A stretch of 64,000 bases of DNA from Clostridiales bacterium (GCA_012512855.1 JAAZDK010000138.1:197-64196), one strand, 5' to 3'. Shown: positions 41,465 to 52,148, numbered from the stretch's first letter. Translations and numbers: made by a program. The notes: generated from the letters alone by a model not told the origin.

Positions 41465-42484
41465 ATGAAGGAATTTATCGATCCCAACAAGGTGCCAAAG
41501 AGAAAGCTATATACAGGTGATTATATACCTGCCATAGGTATGGGAACCTTCGGTTCCGACCGTTACACAGCGGAGCAGGTGGCAGCAGCAGTTGCCGGAG
41601 CGATTGAGGTAGGATACCGTCTCTTTGACTGCGCAGCCATTTATGGCAACGAAGAACAGATAGGGCAGGTATTCCAGAATGCCTTTGATAAGGGAATAGC
41701 TAAAAGAGAGGAAATGTTTATTACCACCAAGGTATGGAACAATATGCACGGCAAGGGCGATGTCCTTCTGTCATGTGCAAAAAGCCTGAGGGATTTGCGG
41801 CTTGACTACGTGGATCTGTTCTTTGTTCACTGGCCTTTCAGAAATTACCATGCACCCGGCTGCAGCGGAGATTCCCGCAATCCTGATTCAAAGCCCTTCT
41901 CGCCGGACGAATACATTGAAACCTGGAGACAATGCGAGAGACTGGTTGAAATGGGCCTTACCAGATTCATAGGTATGTCAAATATGACTATCCCCAAGCT
42001 GGAGGCCGTACTTCCCCATTGCAGAATTAAGCCGGCAGCCATTGAGATGGAGCTGCATCCCACCTTCCAGCAGGAGGAATTGTTTAATTATTGCCTGGAG
42101 CGTGACATATTGCCGATAGGCTACTGTCCAATTGGTTCCCCTGCAAGGCCTGAGCGTGACAGAACACCGGAGGATATTGCTGACTTAGAGGTACCTGAAA
42201 TTGTGGAGATAGCAAAGGCCCATAATGTACATCCGGCAATAATATGCCTGAAATGGGCTGTACAGAGAGGACAGGTCCCTATCCCCTTCTCAGTTCGTGA
42301 GGAACAATATGTGAGCAACCTCAAATGCACCACAGAGGATCCCTTAACAGATGAGGAAATGACTATAATAAAAGGACTGGAAAAGAACAACCGTCTGATA
42401 AAGGGCCAGGTATTCTTATGGGAAGGCGCCAAGGGATGGGAGGATCTCTGGGATCTGGACGGTACAATAACCAGCATGCGCTAA
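41465..42484 (+). CDS. Aldo/keto reductase (aldose-reductase-like)
   Basis: IGMGTF, FDCAAIYGNE, ITTKVWN, DYVDLFFVHWP, IGMSN, MELHP, YCPIG. Confidence 0.92.
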   Translation: MKEFIDPNKVPKRKLYTGDYIPAIGMGTFGSDRYTAEQVAAAVAGAIEVGYRLFDCAAIYGNEEQIGQVFQNAFDKGIAKREEMFITTKVWNNMHGKGDVLLSCAKSLRDLRLDYVDLFFVHWPFRNYHAPGCSGDSRNPDSKPFSPDEYIETWRQCERLVEMGLTRFIGMSNMTIPKLEAVLPHCRIKPAAIEMELHPTFQQEELFNYCLERDILPIGYCPIGSPARPERDRTPEDIADLEVPEIVEIAKAHNVHPAIICLKWAVQRGQVPIPFSVREEQYVSNLKCTTEDPLTDEEMTIIKGLEKNNRLIKGQVFLWEGAKGWEDLWDLDGTITSMR

Positions 42485-42627
42485 TATTAGGCTCTAGCCA
42501 ATCAAAAGCTTTTAAATCAAAGTAATATTTAATTATCCGGGCAATACATATTATAGCTCGGTGATATGGGCAAAGTGTTTTTGCTCTTTATCATATATAA
42601 CCCATATAAATATATAACAATAACTGA

Positions 42628-42697
42628 CAAAAAGTGGCTGTATGCCGCGCCCTAGGGAGTAATCCGCAGGGTGTGGTTATACAGCCGCTTTTTTTTC
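42628..42697 (+). terminator. Long intrinsic terminator hairpin
   Basis: aaaaagtggctgtat...atacagccgcttttttt. Confidence 0.7.
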
Positions 42698-42923
42698 ATG
42701 CCATGCGCGCTATAATTTCTGTTCCCCTGCCTGGAGTTTTCCGGCATCAGGCCGAATATAAGGGATAAATAGAAGTAAGATTATTTGCATCAATAAACGA
42801 TATTATCATTCAAAAATAAGCGGACTGAGGCTTATATGAGAAAAGAAGATAGTGGGAGTATAAAAGATTTATAATTTCACATAGGACGGAGAAAAATAAA
42901 TCAGTAATCTTACAAAAAAACTA

Positions 42924-43009
42924 TTGAAAAGCTGCGCAAGATAATATAAAATAGCATAACACAAATATATATATAGTATGAAAATCTGTTCGAGATACAA
43001 TATATAGTG
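42924..43009 (+). promoter_or_regulatory. nrdJ promoter with tandem NrdR boxes
   Basis: ttgaaa(42924)-17 bp-taaaat; aaatatatatatagta (42963-42978) and gatacaatatatagtg (42994-43009), 31 bp apart, resemble acaCwAtATaTwGtg. Confidence 0.78.
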
Positions 43010-43035
43010 CTTTGTACATAGGAAGGAGTAGCAAG

Positions 43036-45612
43036 ATGAAATTGGAGGATTTAATCAGGAGGCGTTTTACAAAGGCCTTGGAGGGACGGCCGGATTTGAC
43101 GGTCTATGATTTATTTAAATACAAAACAGTTGATGTTGTCCTGAAGGACTGGCTGAGCGGGAAGGTTATCTGTGACATGAGAGGACTTGAATTTCCGGTA
43201 TCCTATTCCCAGAATGCCTGTGATATTATAGCCAGCAAGTATTTCAGAAAAGCCGGTGTGCCAAACGGATATGGCTATGACCGCTCCATGAAGGAAGTGG
43301 TTCACCGTATGGTAGGCTTCTGGACCGCCGCTGCATTGGACGAAGGACTAATTAGCAAAGAAAATATGGATATATTCTACGATGAGCTGGCGTATCTGAT
43401 TCTGGATCAGAGGATGGCACCTAACTCACCCCAATGGTTTAATACAGGACTTAAGATGTTCTATGATATAAGCAAGGAGCCTGAGGGGCATTACTACTAT
43501 GATATTGAGCAGGACAAGGTTGTAAAAAGCAAGGATGCCTACAGCCGTACGCAGGCCAGTGCATGCTTTATTATTTCCATCAACGATGCTCTGCTTGGCA
43601 ATAAATCGATATCCGATCAGCTGGTTACCGAGACAAGATTGTTCAAACAGGGCTCAGGTACAGGCTCAAATTTCTCCGTTCTGAGGGCAAAGGGGGAGAG
43701 ATTATCCGGAGGTGGCAGCTCCAGCGGATTAATGAGCTTTTTAAAGGTCTTTGACCGCAATGCAGCCGCAATTAAATCAGGAGGAACAACAAGACGGGCC
43801 GCCAAAATAGTCTGTCTGGATGCAGATCATCCTGATATCGAGGAATTCATTGACTGGAAGGTTATAGAGGAAAACAAGGTGGTTGCCCTTGGCAAGATGG
43901 GCTACAGCACCGATTTTAACGGGGAGGCATATGAAACCGTATCCGGTCAGAATTCAAATAATTCCGTCCGATTTACAAATGCCTTTATGAAAAAGGTAAC
44001 AGGAGAGGACCCGGAGCCGTCATGGCAGCTGACTGGACGGGTGGACCCGGCACTTAACAGGACGGTAAGCGCTAAACAGCTTTGGAAAAAATTCAACTAT
44101 GCCTCCTGGAGATGTGCTGATCCTGCCCCTCAGTTCCATGACACGATTAATGAGTGGAATACCTGCCCCAATGGTGAGGATGGCAAAGGAGAAAATATAG
44201 TTGCATCAAATCCCTGCAGCGAATATCATTTCCTGAACGATACAGCCTGCAATCTGCTCAGCCATAATGTTGTGCCCTATTATGATGTTGAAAATGAGAG
44301 CTTTGACCTTGAAGGCTATGTCCATGCAGTATCTTTAGCCCAGATTGTTCTTGAGGCTACAGTCCACTGGGGGCAGTTCCCCACCGAGGATATAGCAAGA
44401 AGGACCCACTATTTCAGGACAACAGGCCAGGGAGTTGCCGGAACAGGCGCCCTGCATATGATAATGGCCCATCCCTATGATTCCGAGGAAGCAAGAAATG
44501 TTGCAGCAGCCCTGGTGGGAATCCTGACAGGCCAGGCATATACGGTATCAGCCCTGATGGCGGAAAAAATCGGCGCCTTTCCCAAATATGAAATCAACAA
44601 AGAGCCAATGCTTAAAGTAATAAGGAACCACGCTCGGGCGGCAGGCGCATTGGATACGGACTTTGAAGGCTTATCCTACAGGCCGGTTTGTGTAAACCAT
44701 GATTTACTGATAGATAATAAGCTGGACGATTTAAGCCGACAGTTGAAGAATGTATGGGAAAATGCCCTGGATTTGGGGGGCAAATATGGTTTCAGAAATG
44801 CCCAGGTCAGTGTTATAGCGCCAACCGGTACAATTGCCCTGGCGATGGATTGCGCCACCACCAGCATAGAGCCCTTCTTTGCCCATGTGGTATATAAAAA
44901 GCTCGTTGGCGGCACGGTTATGGAGCTGGTTAATCCCTATATCAGTATAGCTTTGAAGAAGCTGGGCTACAGCCCGGAGCAGATTAAGGATATAGAGGAC
45001 TATGTGCTGCGCAAGGAAACAGTCAGCGAAAACGGCTACAGCTACACCCGGATAGCAGACGGCAAGCTGGAGGGCTGTCCGCATCTGAAGGAGGAGCATC
45101 TGCCTGTATTTGATACTGCCAATGTCTGCGGCTCAGGAAAGAGGGCAATTGCCCCGATAGCCCATGTCAGGTATGTGGCTGCCCTGACTCCTCTGGTAAG
45201 CGGAGCAATCAGCAAGACGGTAAACCTGCCTAACTCGGCTACAGTTGAAGATTTTAATAATGTTCATATTGATGCATGGAGATTGGGAGTCAAGTGCATA
45301 GCCCTGTACCGTGACGGCTCTAAGGCCAGTCAGCCTCTGAATTCATCCAGACAAAAGAAGGAGGAAAAGCTGGAGGATATGACCTATGAGCAGCTGCTGG
45401 CATATGCAAAGAGCTTAAAAATGAAATTATCCGGCATGGAAAAAGGTGGCAGTGAAAAAAAGGATAGCGTCATAGAGGAGCAGGAGCAGCGGGAGGCTGT
45501 ACCCGAAGGACATACAAAGGTAACCTGCAGAACCTGTGGCAGCAGCGCCATAATTCCAAGCGGGACCTGCTCGGTCTGCCTGGTATGCGGCTCTTCAACA
45601 GGCTGCAGTTAA
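43036..45612 (+). CDS. nrdJ: Adenosylcobalamin-dependent (class II) ribonucleotide reductase
   Basis: PNSPQWFN, QASACFI, GSGTGSN, GGTTRRAAK, SNPCSEY...ACNL, IAPTGTI, GAISKTVNLP, YRDGSK; C-terminal CxxC..CxxC..GCS. Confidence 0.95.
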   Translation: MKLEDLIRRRFTKALEGRPDLTVYDLFKYKTVDVVLKDWLSGKVICDMRGLEFPVSYSQNACDIIASKYFRKAGVPNGYGYDRSMKEVVHRMVGFWTAAALDEGLISKENMDIFYDELAYLILDQRMAPNSPQWFNTGLKMFYDISKEPEGHYYYDIEQDKVVKSKDAYSRTQASACFIISINDALLGNKSISDQLVTETRLFKQGSGTGSNFSVLRAKGERLSGGGSSSGLMSFLKVFDRNAAAIKSGGTTRRAAKIVCLDADHPDIEEFIDWKVIEENKVVALGKMGYSTDFNGEAYETVSGQNSNNSVRFTNAFMKKVTGEDPEPSWQLTGRVDPALNRTVSAKQLWKKFNYASWRCADPAPQFHDTINEWNTCPNGEDGKGENIVASNPCSEYHFLNDTACNLLSHNVVPYYDVENESFDLEGYVHAVSLAQIVLEATVHWGQFPTEDIARRTHYFRTTGQGVAGTGALHMIMAHPYDSEEARNVAAALVGILTGQAYTVSALMAEKIGAFPKYEINKEPMLKVIRNHARAAGALDTDFEGLSYRPVCVNHDLLIDNKLDDLSRQLKNVWENALDLGGKYGFRNAQVSVIAPTGTIALAMDCATTSIEPFFAHVVYKKLVGGTVMELVNPYISIALKKLGYSPEQIKDIEDYVLRKETVSENGYSYTRIADGKLEGCPHLKEEHLPVFDTANVCGSGKRAIAPIAHVRYVAALTPLVSGAISKTVNLPNSATVEDFNNVHIDAWRLGVKCIALYRDGSKASQPLNSSRQKKEEKLEDMTYEQLLAYAKSLKMKLSGMEKGGSEKKDSVIEEQEQREAVPEGHTKVTCRTCGSSAIIPSGTCSVCLVCGSSTGCS

Positions 45613-45616
45613 AGAT

Positions 45617-45661
45617 AAAATAGCCTGAAGCTCTTTTGGATAAGGGCGGAAGGCTATTTTT
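45617..45661 (+). terminator. Intrinsic terminator
   Basis: aaaatagcct...aggctatttt. Confidence 0.65.
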
Positions 45662-45902
45662 ATATATAAAAGGCTGCCGGAAAGGCCGGCTGCATATTCC
45701 GGACAGCAATTTTGTATTGCTAAAAAGCAAATTAGTTATAGATTTATTTACGCATTTGCCTAAAATAAGAGATATAAAGACCAATATGATTCATTTATAA
45801 AATTTTATTGCCTTTTATGCAGCCGGTACTTGCTGAAGGAACAGAATATACATATATGCGCTTATGCGTTTAAATTAATTAAAGTCACAGGGAGGAAAGA
45901 TT

Positions 45903-47882
45903 ATGGCAAAGATAACGATTCTGGAAGACAAGATAATTTTTGAAAGAAGAGATGAGCTTACGGTAATAGAAGCTTATGGAGCAAATTGTCTGCGTTACCG
46001 TTCAACCCGCAATATTAAGCTGTCTGATGAGAACTGGACCCTGCTGCCGCCGACTACAAAAGCTGATTGTAAAACCTTTGGAAATGAAAGAGAAGCAACG
46101 ATAGTAAACGGCGATATTTCCGCAACTATAAGGGACGGCTTTGGCTGGACCGGAGCCAGTATAAGCTACTTTCGCAAGGGGAAGCAGATTCTTCGATCCC
46201 GTGATGAGGGTGATCCGGTTACCCGCTTTACCCACCTGGGCGGTAACAATTATCAGGTGAAGGCGATATTTGACAGTAATCCGGGCGAGCATATATATGG
46301 CCTGGGACAGGAGCAGGAGGATCAGTTTGACCGCAAGGGCTGCACCTGCAATATCATGCATTACAATACCAAGTCGACTTTGCCGGTTATTTATTCGTCT
46401 CTGGGATATGGCTTTTTGTGGAACAATCCTGCACCCGGCCGTTGTGAGACTACCTTTAATCATACAATGTGGGTTGCGGATAGTGCATATCAGATTGATT
46501 ATCTTGTATATGTCGGGGATACTCCGGCTGACATAATGAAAATATACTGTGATCTGACAGGCTATGCCCCGAAATTCCCTGACTGGGCGGCCGGCTTCTG
46601 GCAGTCAAAGCTCCGTTATGAAAGCCAGGAGGATTTGCTGGAGGTGGCAAGGGAATACAAGAAAAGAGGAATTCCTCTCGCAGCGATAGTAATAGATTAT
46701 TTCCACTGGACGGAGCAGGGGGAATGGAAATTTGATCCCAATTTGTGGCCTGATCCCAAGGCAATGTGTGACGAGCTTGAGTCAATGGGAGTAAAGCCCG
46801 TTGTATCCATCTGGCCTACCATTAATCCCAAGAGTGAGAATTATCATGCAATGGATAATGAGAATATGCTGGTGAGGACCGAGAACGGGCAGTATGGCAT
46901 ATTCAACTTTTACGGCTTACAGACCTTTATAGATCCCACCAATCCTAAAACAGGGCCCTTTGTATGGAGCAAGGTAAGGGAGAATTATTATAAGTACGGA
47001 ATTAAGAACTTTTGGCTGGATGAGGCTGAGCCGGAGGTGCATCCTCAGCAGTTTGGCAATCTGCGTTTTTATATAGGTAACGGAGCCCAGACGGCATTAT
47101 TGTATCCATATTATTATGCAAAGATATTTTATGATGGCTTAAGAAGTGAGGGAGAAGAGGATATTATAATCCTTACCCGGGCAGCCTATCCCGGCAGCCA
47201 AAGATTTGGTTCCCTGGTATGGAACGGAGACATCCCCTCCACCTTCAAGGCTCTTCGCCAGAGTGTAACCAGCGGCCTTTCCATGTCAATGTGCGGAATC
47301 CCATGGTGGAACAGCGACATAGGCGGCTTCCATTCCGCAGATATAGAAAGCGACTATTTCAGGGAGCTTATAGTCAGATGGTTCCAGTTCGGCCTCTTTA
47401 GTCCGGTTATGCGCCTTCACGGGGCCAGAAACCGTACAAAAAACCAGGTTGACCGCCATCCGGGCGTGAAGGAGAGAAGCGGCGGAGACAATGAAATCTG
47501 GAGCTTCGGTGAAAGAAATTATCCTATTCTTAAGAATATTATAGAGCTTAGGGAGAGGCTGAAGCCTTATATTCTCAAATATATGGATATCGCCAGCAAG
47601 ACCGGCTCACCGATTATGAGGCCGATGTTCTATGATTTTTATGATGACGAGATTTGCTACCGACTTGATGATCAGTACATGTTCGGAGAGGATATACTCT
47701 TTGCTCCCATTCTGGAGCAGGGAGTGACACAGCGCAGTGTCTACCTGCCGGAGGGTAAATGGGTTAATGTAAATGATAAAAAAACCTACGAGGGCAGGCA
47801 AATGATAACTGCAAGGGCAGAGCTGCATGAGTTTATTGCCTTCGTAAGAAGCGGCAGCGAGGTGCTGGAGGTATTTAGCTAA
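45903..47882 (+). CDS. GH31 glycoside hydrolase (alpha-xylosidase-like)
   Basis: GFWQSKLRY, IVIDYFHW, FWLDEAEPE (nucleophile), WNGD, WNSDIGGF, RWFQF, MRLHG. Confidence 0.92.
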   Translation: MAKITILEDKIIFERRDELTVIEAYGANCLRYRSTRNIKLSDENWTLLPPTTKADCKTFGNEREATIVNGDISATIRDGFGWTGASISYFRKGKQILRSRDEGDPVTRFTHLGGNNYQVKAIFDSNPGEHIYGLGQEQEDQFDRKGCTCNIMHYNTKSTLPVIYSSLGYGFLWNNPAPGRCETTFNHTMWVADSAYQIDYLVYVGDTPADIMKIYCDLTGYAPKFPDWAAGFWQSKLRYESQEDLLEVAREYKKRGIPLAAIVIDYFHWTEQGEWKFDPNLWPDPKAMCDELESMGVKPVVSIWPTINPKSENYHAMDNENMLVRTENGQYGIFNFYGLQTFIDPTNPKTGPFVWSKVRENYYKYGIKNFWLDEAEPEVHPQQFGNLRFYIGNGAQTALLYPYYYAKIFYDGLRSEGEEDIIILTRAAYPGSQRFGSLVWNGDIPSTFKALRQSVTSGLSMSMCGIPWWNSDIGGFHSADIESDYFRELIVRWFQFGLFSPVMRLHGARNRTKNQVDRHPGVKERSGGDNEIWSFGERNYPILKNIIELRERLKPYILKYMDIASKTGSPIMRPMFYDFYDDEICYRLDDQYMFGEDILFAPILEQGVTQRSVYLPEGKWVNVNDKKTYEGRQMITARAELHEFIAFVRSGSEVLEVFS

Positions 47883-47908
47883 AGAGCCTTTATATTGAAA
47901 TAGGATTA

Positions 47909-48628
47909 TTATGATCTTAAACAGGTATGCCGAGTTTGGCATACCTGTTTTGAAATGCAAAAAATAAGGCGGACTTTAATTTCAGTTATGGTTTTGGGCT
48001 GATCGTAGGCTGCATAAGCTATATTTTGCTTAAGCTTGCTGTTGAGATAGTAGCCTGTATCTCCTAGATCACCACAATAGCCGTCATGTCCCATATTAAT
48101 TAAGCTAATTGGTGTCAGTCCCAGATCTCCGGTAAGGCGCATCATTTTTATACCCTCCTTTAGTTGAATTCGTGAATTATGAAGGTGCCATTTGACAGTA
48201 CCTGTGGATAGATTAAGCTCCTTTGCTATTTCATGAATTTTTTTATTCTGATAATAATGTCTTACTACGATTTTTCGCTGCAGATTTCCCAGATAGGCGA
48301 TTTCCCGCTTCAGCAGCTTATATTCTTCACTCTGCTCAATTTCAGAGGTGAAATCATTATCCAGCGCTATATCAAGCTCATTAATGCTTACAGACCGGCT
48401 TTTATTTTTTTCCTTAATATATCTGGCATATACATAGTGGGCGATTTTATACAGATAGCCGTCCCAGTTATCCACTCCCTCCGTTTTAAGCAGAGTTGAG
48501 TAAGCCTCAAGAACTATTCTGGAGGCCAGCTCCTCGGCCTCTGCAATATCATAGCTTTTTGATAGCGCAAAGCCGAAAAAGAGTTTTTGGAACTTTATGA
48601 TAGTCTGATCCGCAAAGGCTTTATCCAT
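47909..48628 (-). pseudogene. ECF sigma-70 factor with C-terminal extension, probably truncated
   Basis: Region 2 (AEELASRI..EAY..YLYKIA) and region 4 (EIAKELNLSTGTVKWHL); extension breaks at PKTITEI and runs into a terminator. Confidence 0.65.
47919..47951. terminator. Terminator hairpin lying inside the artificial tail of the sigma-factor ORF
   Basis: aaacaggtatgcc-gagttt-ggcatacctgtttt. Confidence 0.75.
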
Positions 48629-48715
48629 TAATTTACTCCGTTCTGTAGATATTTTAGTCTTATGAGTTAAAACTTTGCAATGCAAAGTTGCATTGGCACG
48701 TTATACTGCAAATTC

Positions 48716-49606
48716 CTAATCGGCAAATTCCTTAACTATTTTGCAGAATTCCGTAACATTATCAGTATGTACCGTATGACCGCAATCAGCCACAATACAT
48801 AGCTTGCCGTTCGGGGAGTTCTTGACAAAATATTCCTGTTGTTCCTCGCTCATGCAGGGATCATATTCCCCTCTTATCAGAAGGGAGGGACAGGTAACTT
48901 CCTTAATTAACGGCTGCAGATCCTGATAGAGTATTTTATCTGCAACTATCCGCTTGTTGTGGATTATACCATTTTCCCACTGCTGCTGGGTAACATTTTG
49001 AAGATGCCAGTGCTTTTTTATTTCTTCGGACAAGGGCTTGTTATAATATACCTGCTGCCGGAATTTCTCAGGTGTATCATACTGCAATTGGATCAGAGTT
49101 TCAAAGTCATCACATACTGATATAACACTGTCAATTTTATCAGCCAGCCGGTGTTCGTTAATTGTTCTTAAATATGCCGAGGTCTTTTTATGTATAGTTT
49201 TTATGCTGTCAATACAATACCAGCTGGTATTTTCATAAATTACCTTGTCTATATGTGATGGATACTGCCATGCGTACAACAGAGCCAAAAAGCCGCCGAA
49301 GGAATGGCCAAGCAGTATCCATTTGTCTATATTTAGCTGCTTCCTTATATCCTCACAATCATCCACTAAGATTTGTACGTTTAGGGGCTCATGATCCTCG
49401 ACCCTGTCAGAACGCAAAACTCCTCTTTGATCGAACATTACTATATTGAAGCTGTTGGAAAGATAATGGGCCGCACAGTTAAAGTCTTCACAGTGTACAC
49501 CGGGGCCACCATGAAGAAAAAGGATGGTTTTTGCTGCCGGAAGCTCATTATAATAACGCATAAAAATTCTTTTGCCGTCTCTTAAGGTAAGATATTGCTC
49601 AAGCAT
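48716..49606 (-). CDS. Alpha/beta hydrolase (proline iminopeptidase-like)
   Basis: LHGGPG, DQRG..RS, GHSFGG, GEYD, CGH; RBS ggagg. Confidence 0.88.
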   Translation of the reverse strand: MLEQYLTLRDGKRIFMRYYNELPAAKTILFLHGGPGVHCEDFNCAAHYLSNSFNIVMFDQRGVLRSDRVEDHEPLNVQILVDDCEDIRKQLNIDKWILLGHSFGGFLALLYAWQYPSHIDKVIYENTSWYCIDSIKTIHKKTSAYLRTINEHRLADKIDSVISVCDDFETLIQLQYDTPEKFRQQVYYNKPLSEEIKKHWHLQNVTQQQWENGIIHNKRIVADKILYQDLQPLIKEVTCPSLLIRGEYDPCMSEEQQEYFVKNSPNGKLCIVADCGHTVHTDNVTEFCKIVKEFAD

Positions 49607-50064
49607 TAACAGATCCTCCTTGTTTGATATACTTCTTATAGTATAATATTTTTCTCATTTTTTCGGACGAAAAATTTATTAGAATGTATTCATTTAAATA
49701 TCAAATATATCAAATTACCCTCGCTGCATGATACGAATCAATTAGCTTCTTAATATATAAAGTGATCCTGTGTTTAAAAAGGTTTGCAGATTTATCATAA
49801 ATTTATAACTAAGATCAGTCAATAATAATTGACAAAAATAAACATAATATGCATATACCATTTTGAGGAGCCAAACATTAATGAGCTGGAAACATGAAGG
49901 TATGAGAAATACCAGTAAAATACACTTAAGTTAAAATACATCCGCACATCAGGCTGTTACCAATTGATTTATGTGAATTTTAAGTATATAATGTTTTCGT
50001 CATATAAATTCGATTATACTATATAAAATATAGCCTGTAATCAGTCATACAAGGAGGATAAATA

Positions 50065-51090
50065 ATGCCGAGGGTAAGCATTAAGGAGCTGGCACAAATG
50101 TTGGAGCTGTCGCCCAGCACGATTTCTTTCGTTCTTAACGGAAGAGGAGATGAAATGCGTATTGCAAAGGAAACTCAGCAAAAGATTTTAGAGCTGGCGA
50201 AAAAATCAGGATATAAGCCCAATATTTATGCCAGAAGATTGCGTATGCAGCCGTCAGAAAGAGCTGTTATCGGAATTTTGTGGCCCTCTATATATTCAGC
50301 TGAACTGATTGTCCGATTCTTTGACGGTATACATAAAAGTATACTGGAAGAGCAGATTAATGTAGAGGTGGTTTATAAGCCATATCAATATTCACAGATA
50401 CACAAGGTTGAAGAGATATTTAAAAATAATATATTCCATGGAGTAGTTGTGGTGGGTGCCTCTGATGAGGATGTAGATTATATGCAGGAGATTCAGTCCT
50501 CCATGCCTATTGTTTTCTTCAACAGGCAGAATCCCAAGTACAGTTCTGTTTGTGTCGATGACTACAATGTTGGCGAGATGGCTGCCCAGCTTTTATTTGC
50601 CAGGGGGCACAAGCAGGTTGCATATATCGAGCCCAAGACAACAACAAGGCATACGGCATTGCGGAAGGCCGGTTTTCTTGATACCTTCAGCAAGTATGGT
50701 GTAAATATTAAGCCTGAAAATATTATTGCCAAAGCTTCCGATGTGGAAATAAACAAGGAGCAGCTGATAAAGCTTTTAACAGGCGCGGATGCTCCAACCG
50801 CCATATTTTCCACAACCAGCTCAATAATGCCCTTGCTTTATGAGATACTATACAAGTTTAAAATATCTGTTCCCGATGATTTGGAGCTCCTGGGATATGC
50901 CGATACGCCATTATGTAATCTGCTTAATCCTAAGCTTAGTGTTCTGGATATGCCGGTGGAAGCCATGGTAAGCCAGTGTCTGCAGTTAATCCTGGATATG
51001 ATTAACGGTCATATGCAGTTCCATGCCAATGTAATAGTGGAAAATGACTTTATTATACGTGAAAGCTGCGGAGGCTTTCCTGATAAATAG
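50065..51090 (+). CDS. LacI-family transcriptional regulator
   Basis: SIKELAQMLELSPSTISFVLNG; YKPNIYARRL; VPDDLELLGY; IIRESC. Confidence 0.92.
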   Translation: MPRVSIKELAQMLELSPSTISFVLNGRGDEMRIAKETQQKILELAKKSGYKPNIYARRLRMQPSERAVIGILWPSIYSAELIVRFFDGIHKSILEEQINVEVVYKPYQYSQIHKVEEIFKNNIFHGVVVVGASDEDVDYMQEIQSSMPIVFFNRQNPKYSSVCVDDYNVGEMAAQLLFARGHKQVAYIEPKTTTRHTALRKAGFLDTFSKYGVNIKPENIIAKASDVEINKEQLIKLLTGADAPTAIFSTTSSIMPLLYEILYKFKISVPDDLELLGYADTPLCNLLNPKLSVLDMPVEAMVSQCLQLILDMINGHMQFHANVIVENDFIIRESCGGFPDK

Positions 51091-51113
51091 TATTAAATTT
51101 GATTGCTGCCTTA

Positions 51114-52148
51114 TCAGGCATTAAAAGCTTTGTGGCTGTTTTGAAAAAATTCCGCTGCGGCAGAGTAGCCCATCTGGTACAGTATTTCCTTGTTACTGGG
51201 ACTTAGGTTGAAGTCAATCGGAGATATACCGGTTGATTCAATGCTGATGGATCTGATTATATCCATAGGGCTGTTGTAATAATTGTCCTGCTGCACATGA
51301 GTATAGGTGGTTACAAGACTCCATATATAATCAAGCAGGTTGTTAATGCTGTTAACAGGGTTGCTGCTTTTAAAACGTACTCCAAGTGTCTGCATGTTGG
51401 CTCCCCTTACTAATCTTGCATTGTATCTGTAGGAATCAAACAGCCTTATTGGATAGTTATTCAAAACTCCCCCATCACAATAAAAATTGTCAATCGTATT
51501 CCCGGTGATACCCGCCTGCTTTATTCGGACAGCTTCAAAAAATAAAGGAATAGAGATGGATATTCTTACTGCCAGCGCCACCTCCATATCAGGCGTTGTT
51601 TCATGGGAAAAAACCTGGCTGTTGCCTGTGGTCAGGTTAGTGCCAATAATATATAATTCATGAAATGGACGGCCATCCTTGTGCAGCTCCGGATTTTGAA
51701 AGTCGGAGAAGGTATAGGGAGGCTGCTTTTTATTGTTGAATTGCTCTGCAATAACAGATCTCAGCCAGTTATATATATACTCTGATGAATACCAGCCGTA
51801 GTTTGTGACCAGTCTGTAAAGGCAGTTCATATCGCCGAAAAATGCCTCTATTGTATCCCGTGAATTCTCCAATAAAATAGCCTGTGCGCTGTCAATTATG
51901 GATAGAGCTTCAAATTCCCCCTTATAGGGAACACTGCGCAAATCAAGTGTATCAGCTATCTCTTTGATTTTGTCAAAGGGCAGGGCAAGGCTTGTGATAC
52001 AGGCAGCAATTGCTCCTGAGCTGGTTCCGGCGACTCTCTTCAGATGATCTAATTTCTTGTTTCTGTACAAATAATCGAGAACCCCCAGATAGGCTACGCC
52101 CAACACCCCGCTTCCCTTAAACACCAGATTTTCAATATGCTCCGTCAT
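51114..52148 (-). CDS. Patatin-like phospholipase
   Basis: GSGVLG, GTSSG (catalytic Ser), SISIP.FF, DGG..NNYP. Confidence 0.9.
   Translation of the reverse strand: MTEHIENLVFKGSGVLGVAYLGVLDYLYRNKKLDHLKRVAGTSSGAIAACITSLALPFDKIKEIADTLDLRSVPYKGEFEALSIIDSAQAILLENSRDTIEAFFGDMNCLYRLVTNYGWYSSEYIYNWLRSVIAEQFNNKKQPPYTFSDFQNPELHKDGRPFHELYIIGTNLTTGNSQVFSHETTPDMEVALAVRISISIPLFFEAVRIKQAGITGNTIDNFYCDGGVLNNYPIRLFDSYRYNARLVRGANMQTLGVRFKSSNPVNSINNLLDYIWSLVTTYTHVQQDNYYNSPMDIIRSISIESTGISPIDFNLSPSNKEILYQMGYSAAAEFFQNSHKAFNA

Noticed and set aside
42500-42920. Cobalamin riboswitch upstream of nrdJ
   Set aside because: No AGGGAA...GCCCCCGC...GCCACUG B12-box pattern; hairpins here are explained as a terminator
36505-47960. 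Long antisense ORFs (e.g. 36505..37083, 40214..40759, 46002..46463)
   Set aside because: Shadow frames of well-supported genes, with no RBS or recognisable motifs
51114-52148. Patatin as a CBASS (CapV-like) effector
   Set aside because: No cyclase or other defence gene adjacent; solo patatins are common
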